Below are positions 61,949 through 64,000 of a stretch of 64,000 bases of DNA, one piece after another. Under the pieces are notes generated by a model. It was not told the origin of the DNA. It saw only the letters and a program-made list of their open reading frames with translations, and searched no databases. The stretch is from Lama glama (lineage: Eukaryota): positions 21,392,001 through 21,456,000 of the forward strand of contig CM052832.1 in the NCBI GenBank assembly GCA_028534125.1, written 5' to 3'. How positions within the stretch are numbered: position 1 is the stretch's first letter; each line of letters starts with the position of its first letter. A program made the position numbers and the translations under genes.

Positions 61949-64000
61949 CGTATGTATTTTTCTCACTTGAGTGTAAATAAAAGCAACATTTAGTTGAAAC
62001 AGGCTATTACAATAGAACATCTTGTCAGCCCTCTGATTTCAGAAAAGGCAAGTCACAGAGAAACATGGGTTAAAATGTTGTTGTCACTATGAACTTAATG
62101 CCCCTGCCTTTGGATCATCCTGTCACTTCTTCAACACTTTGTACGCCCTCCATGGTTGCAGGGAGGGCCTCGGCCTTTGAAGAATTTCACATTCTTGGAA
62201 CATTCCAGATTGTATGCCTTGAACTGTGAGTATAGTAATTGGTATAAAAACACTAGGGAAGAGATAAGCTACAGGAGGGATTTCCCTTACAAAGTGACCA
62301 AACCGGGTATGTAAGTGAAAAGCTTTATAAATCCTGAGAGCTTGTTGGCAAGCACCGACTAAGCATTGCTGAGTCACCGTAAACTCGAGTTCCTACCACT
62401 TGTTCACACTGGCATACCAATTAGGGTTAAATGTGGTGCAATTATCATTAGTCTAGCTCTTTCTTTTTTCTCCACTTAAAACACCTTATTGAACTCATAG
62501 TGGAAGCCCCAAAAGGGATTTGGAAATGGCCTGACCTATTCTCTTCCTGAGGCTCAGAGGCAAGTTTCAAATTAAACAAGGACACACAGGCGGAAATACT
62601 TTATAAATAAATTGCTGCAAAATTATAAAGGTATAATTACCACCGATATCATGACCAGCCACTTGGCCAAGATCACCCAGCTACATGGACCATGGAAGAT
62701 TCTAAACTCCAAAGAGCCTGGTGGGATCTTTGTAATTTAATTATGGACAGTCCTGGATCCCACATGAGGAAGTGTTTAATAAATAATCAACTGACTGCAA
62801 TGTGAACTCTTTAATCCCAAGCCAGCAGAGAGGCTCGCTTTCCTCTTCAGAAAGAGCAAAGCCTGAAGAGAGAGCATTTGTTTACCAATCTGAAAAGGGA
62901 GCAGAGAAAAGCCTGCCTTGATTCCTGGGGGAGAAAAATACAACTGTTCTAAGCTGTTGTGTTACATCAGTTTAGAAGTAACTTCTCTGAATTAAGAGAA
63001 AATCGAGTTGGGGAAAACGCTTCCTTTAGGAGATTTAACTCCCAGCTGGGCACTTATGTGCTGCTACACCTCGCAAGTACATAGTCGGTGCCCCACTGCA
63101 CCTGCCACCACCACCAGCCAGGACAGGGCGGGAGTCACGCTCCTGCCAGCCTCCCCCTCCCGCCCCCAACCCCTCATCCTCCTGATCTCCCCGCAACCCA
63201 CGCCGGCTCCTTTAGCAACAGGTGGACATAAAACCATCAAGTTCCATGATGACCATCAACGAAACCCACAGCAGTGAATCGGGAGTGAAGGAGAACGTTT
63301 CAGTTCATATTTAAAATGTTAAATCGGGTACTTGTAATTCCCCTGATTTAGCTTTTTTAATTAAAAAATTCAAGCTTTAGTCAACATTTGCATATTCATA
63401 CCTCTAAAATGTGTACTGATTGCATTAAAGGTGGAGAGAAAGCGTGGCCGTGCAGCACAAATACAGTCACTCATCAAGGGCACCGTCTATGTGTGCAGAG
63501 ATAAATATTTCCAAACAAATTAACATACGCCCCAGCACAGGTGCTCCAGCCTCACGGCTCCCTCCAGCTTTTTCAACCCCACTTTTCCTTCCATCCGGTT
63601 TCACCAGGCAGACCATCAGTTTTAAAAATGTATCATTTGGTGATTTGTAGGATTAGTGAGCCCCTTGGCCAAAGTCACTGATCAGTGACTCACTCTTCAA
63701 TGAGCAGAAGTCAGGGAAGAAAATACTCAACTACACTTTTTACTATAAATTACTTCATAATTATAATTATAAATTATAGTATCACTTGTTATTATACATT
63801 TATTATCAACCAAGAGTGCAGCTTCCATAATTCAACGAAGACCTCTAATGCGCAGTTTGTAGTCACAACAAGGGGCAGTCCCCACGCCTGAGCACTGACC
63901 ACCCCTGACCAGGCAGAGCAGGCGCTGTTAACGGCCCACCAACAGCCACTCTCTTCTGACTTCTTGCTCACAGAATCATGACTTTGTGTGGAGCTACAGT

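Noticed and set aside
1..64000. Assigning a host gene name
   Set aside because: No candidate exon peptide matched a protein I recognise; naming one would be a guess.

Overview
Mammalian genomic DNA, most likely camelid: it carries four tRNA-derived Vic-1-type SINEs and cetartiodactyl-style L1 3' ends. It reads as repeat-rich intronic or intergenic sequence with two 500-N scaffold gaps. No ORF in the supplied track is a recognisable protein, and I cannot name a gene. Much of the window is interspersed repeat (L1, L2, MIR, MaLR/MLT1 LTRs, an ERV1 solo LTR, MER/Tigger DNA transposons). The best-supported curiosities are: (1) a full-length U6 snRNA copy fused to an internally deleted L1 tail inside one target-site duplication (TSD), nested in an older L1; (2) a complete LTR-internal-LTR MaLR provirus; (3) a solo ERV1 LTR with a 4-bp TSD and a perfect 30-bp internal duplication; (4) a false gap whose flanks overlap by 199 identical bases. 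Several strong minus-strand splice acceptors, donors and polyA signals in repeat-free stretches may be terminal or non-coding exons of an unidentified minus-strand transcript, but this is unproven. I found no convincing evidence of a novel biological system. Repeat family names come from recalled consensus sequences, not a search, and repeat boundaries are approximate unless a TSD is given.
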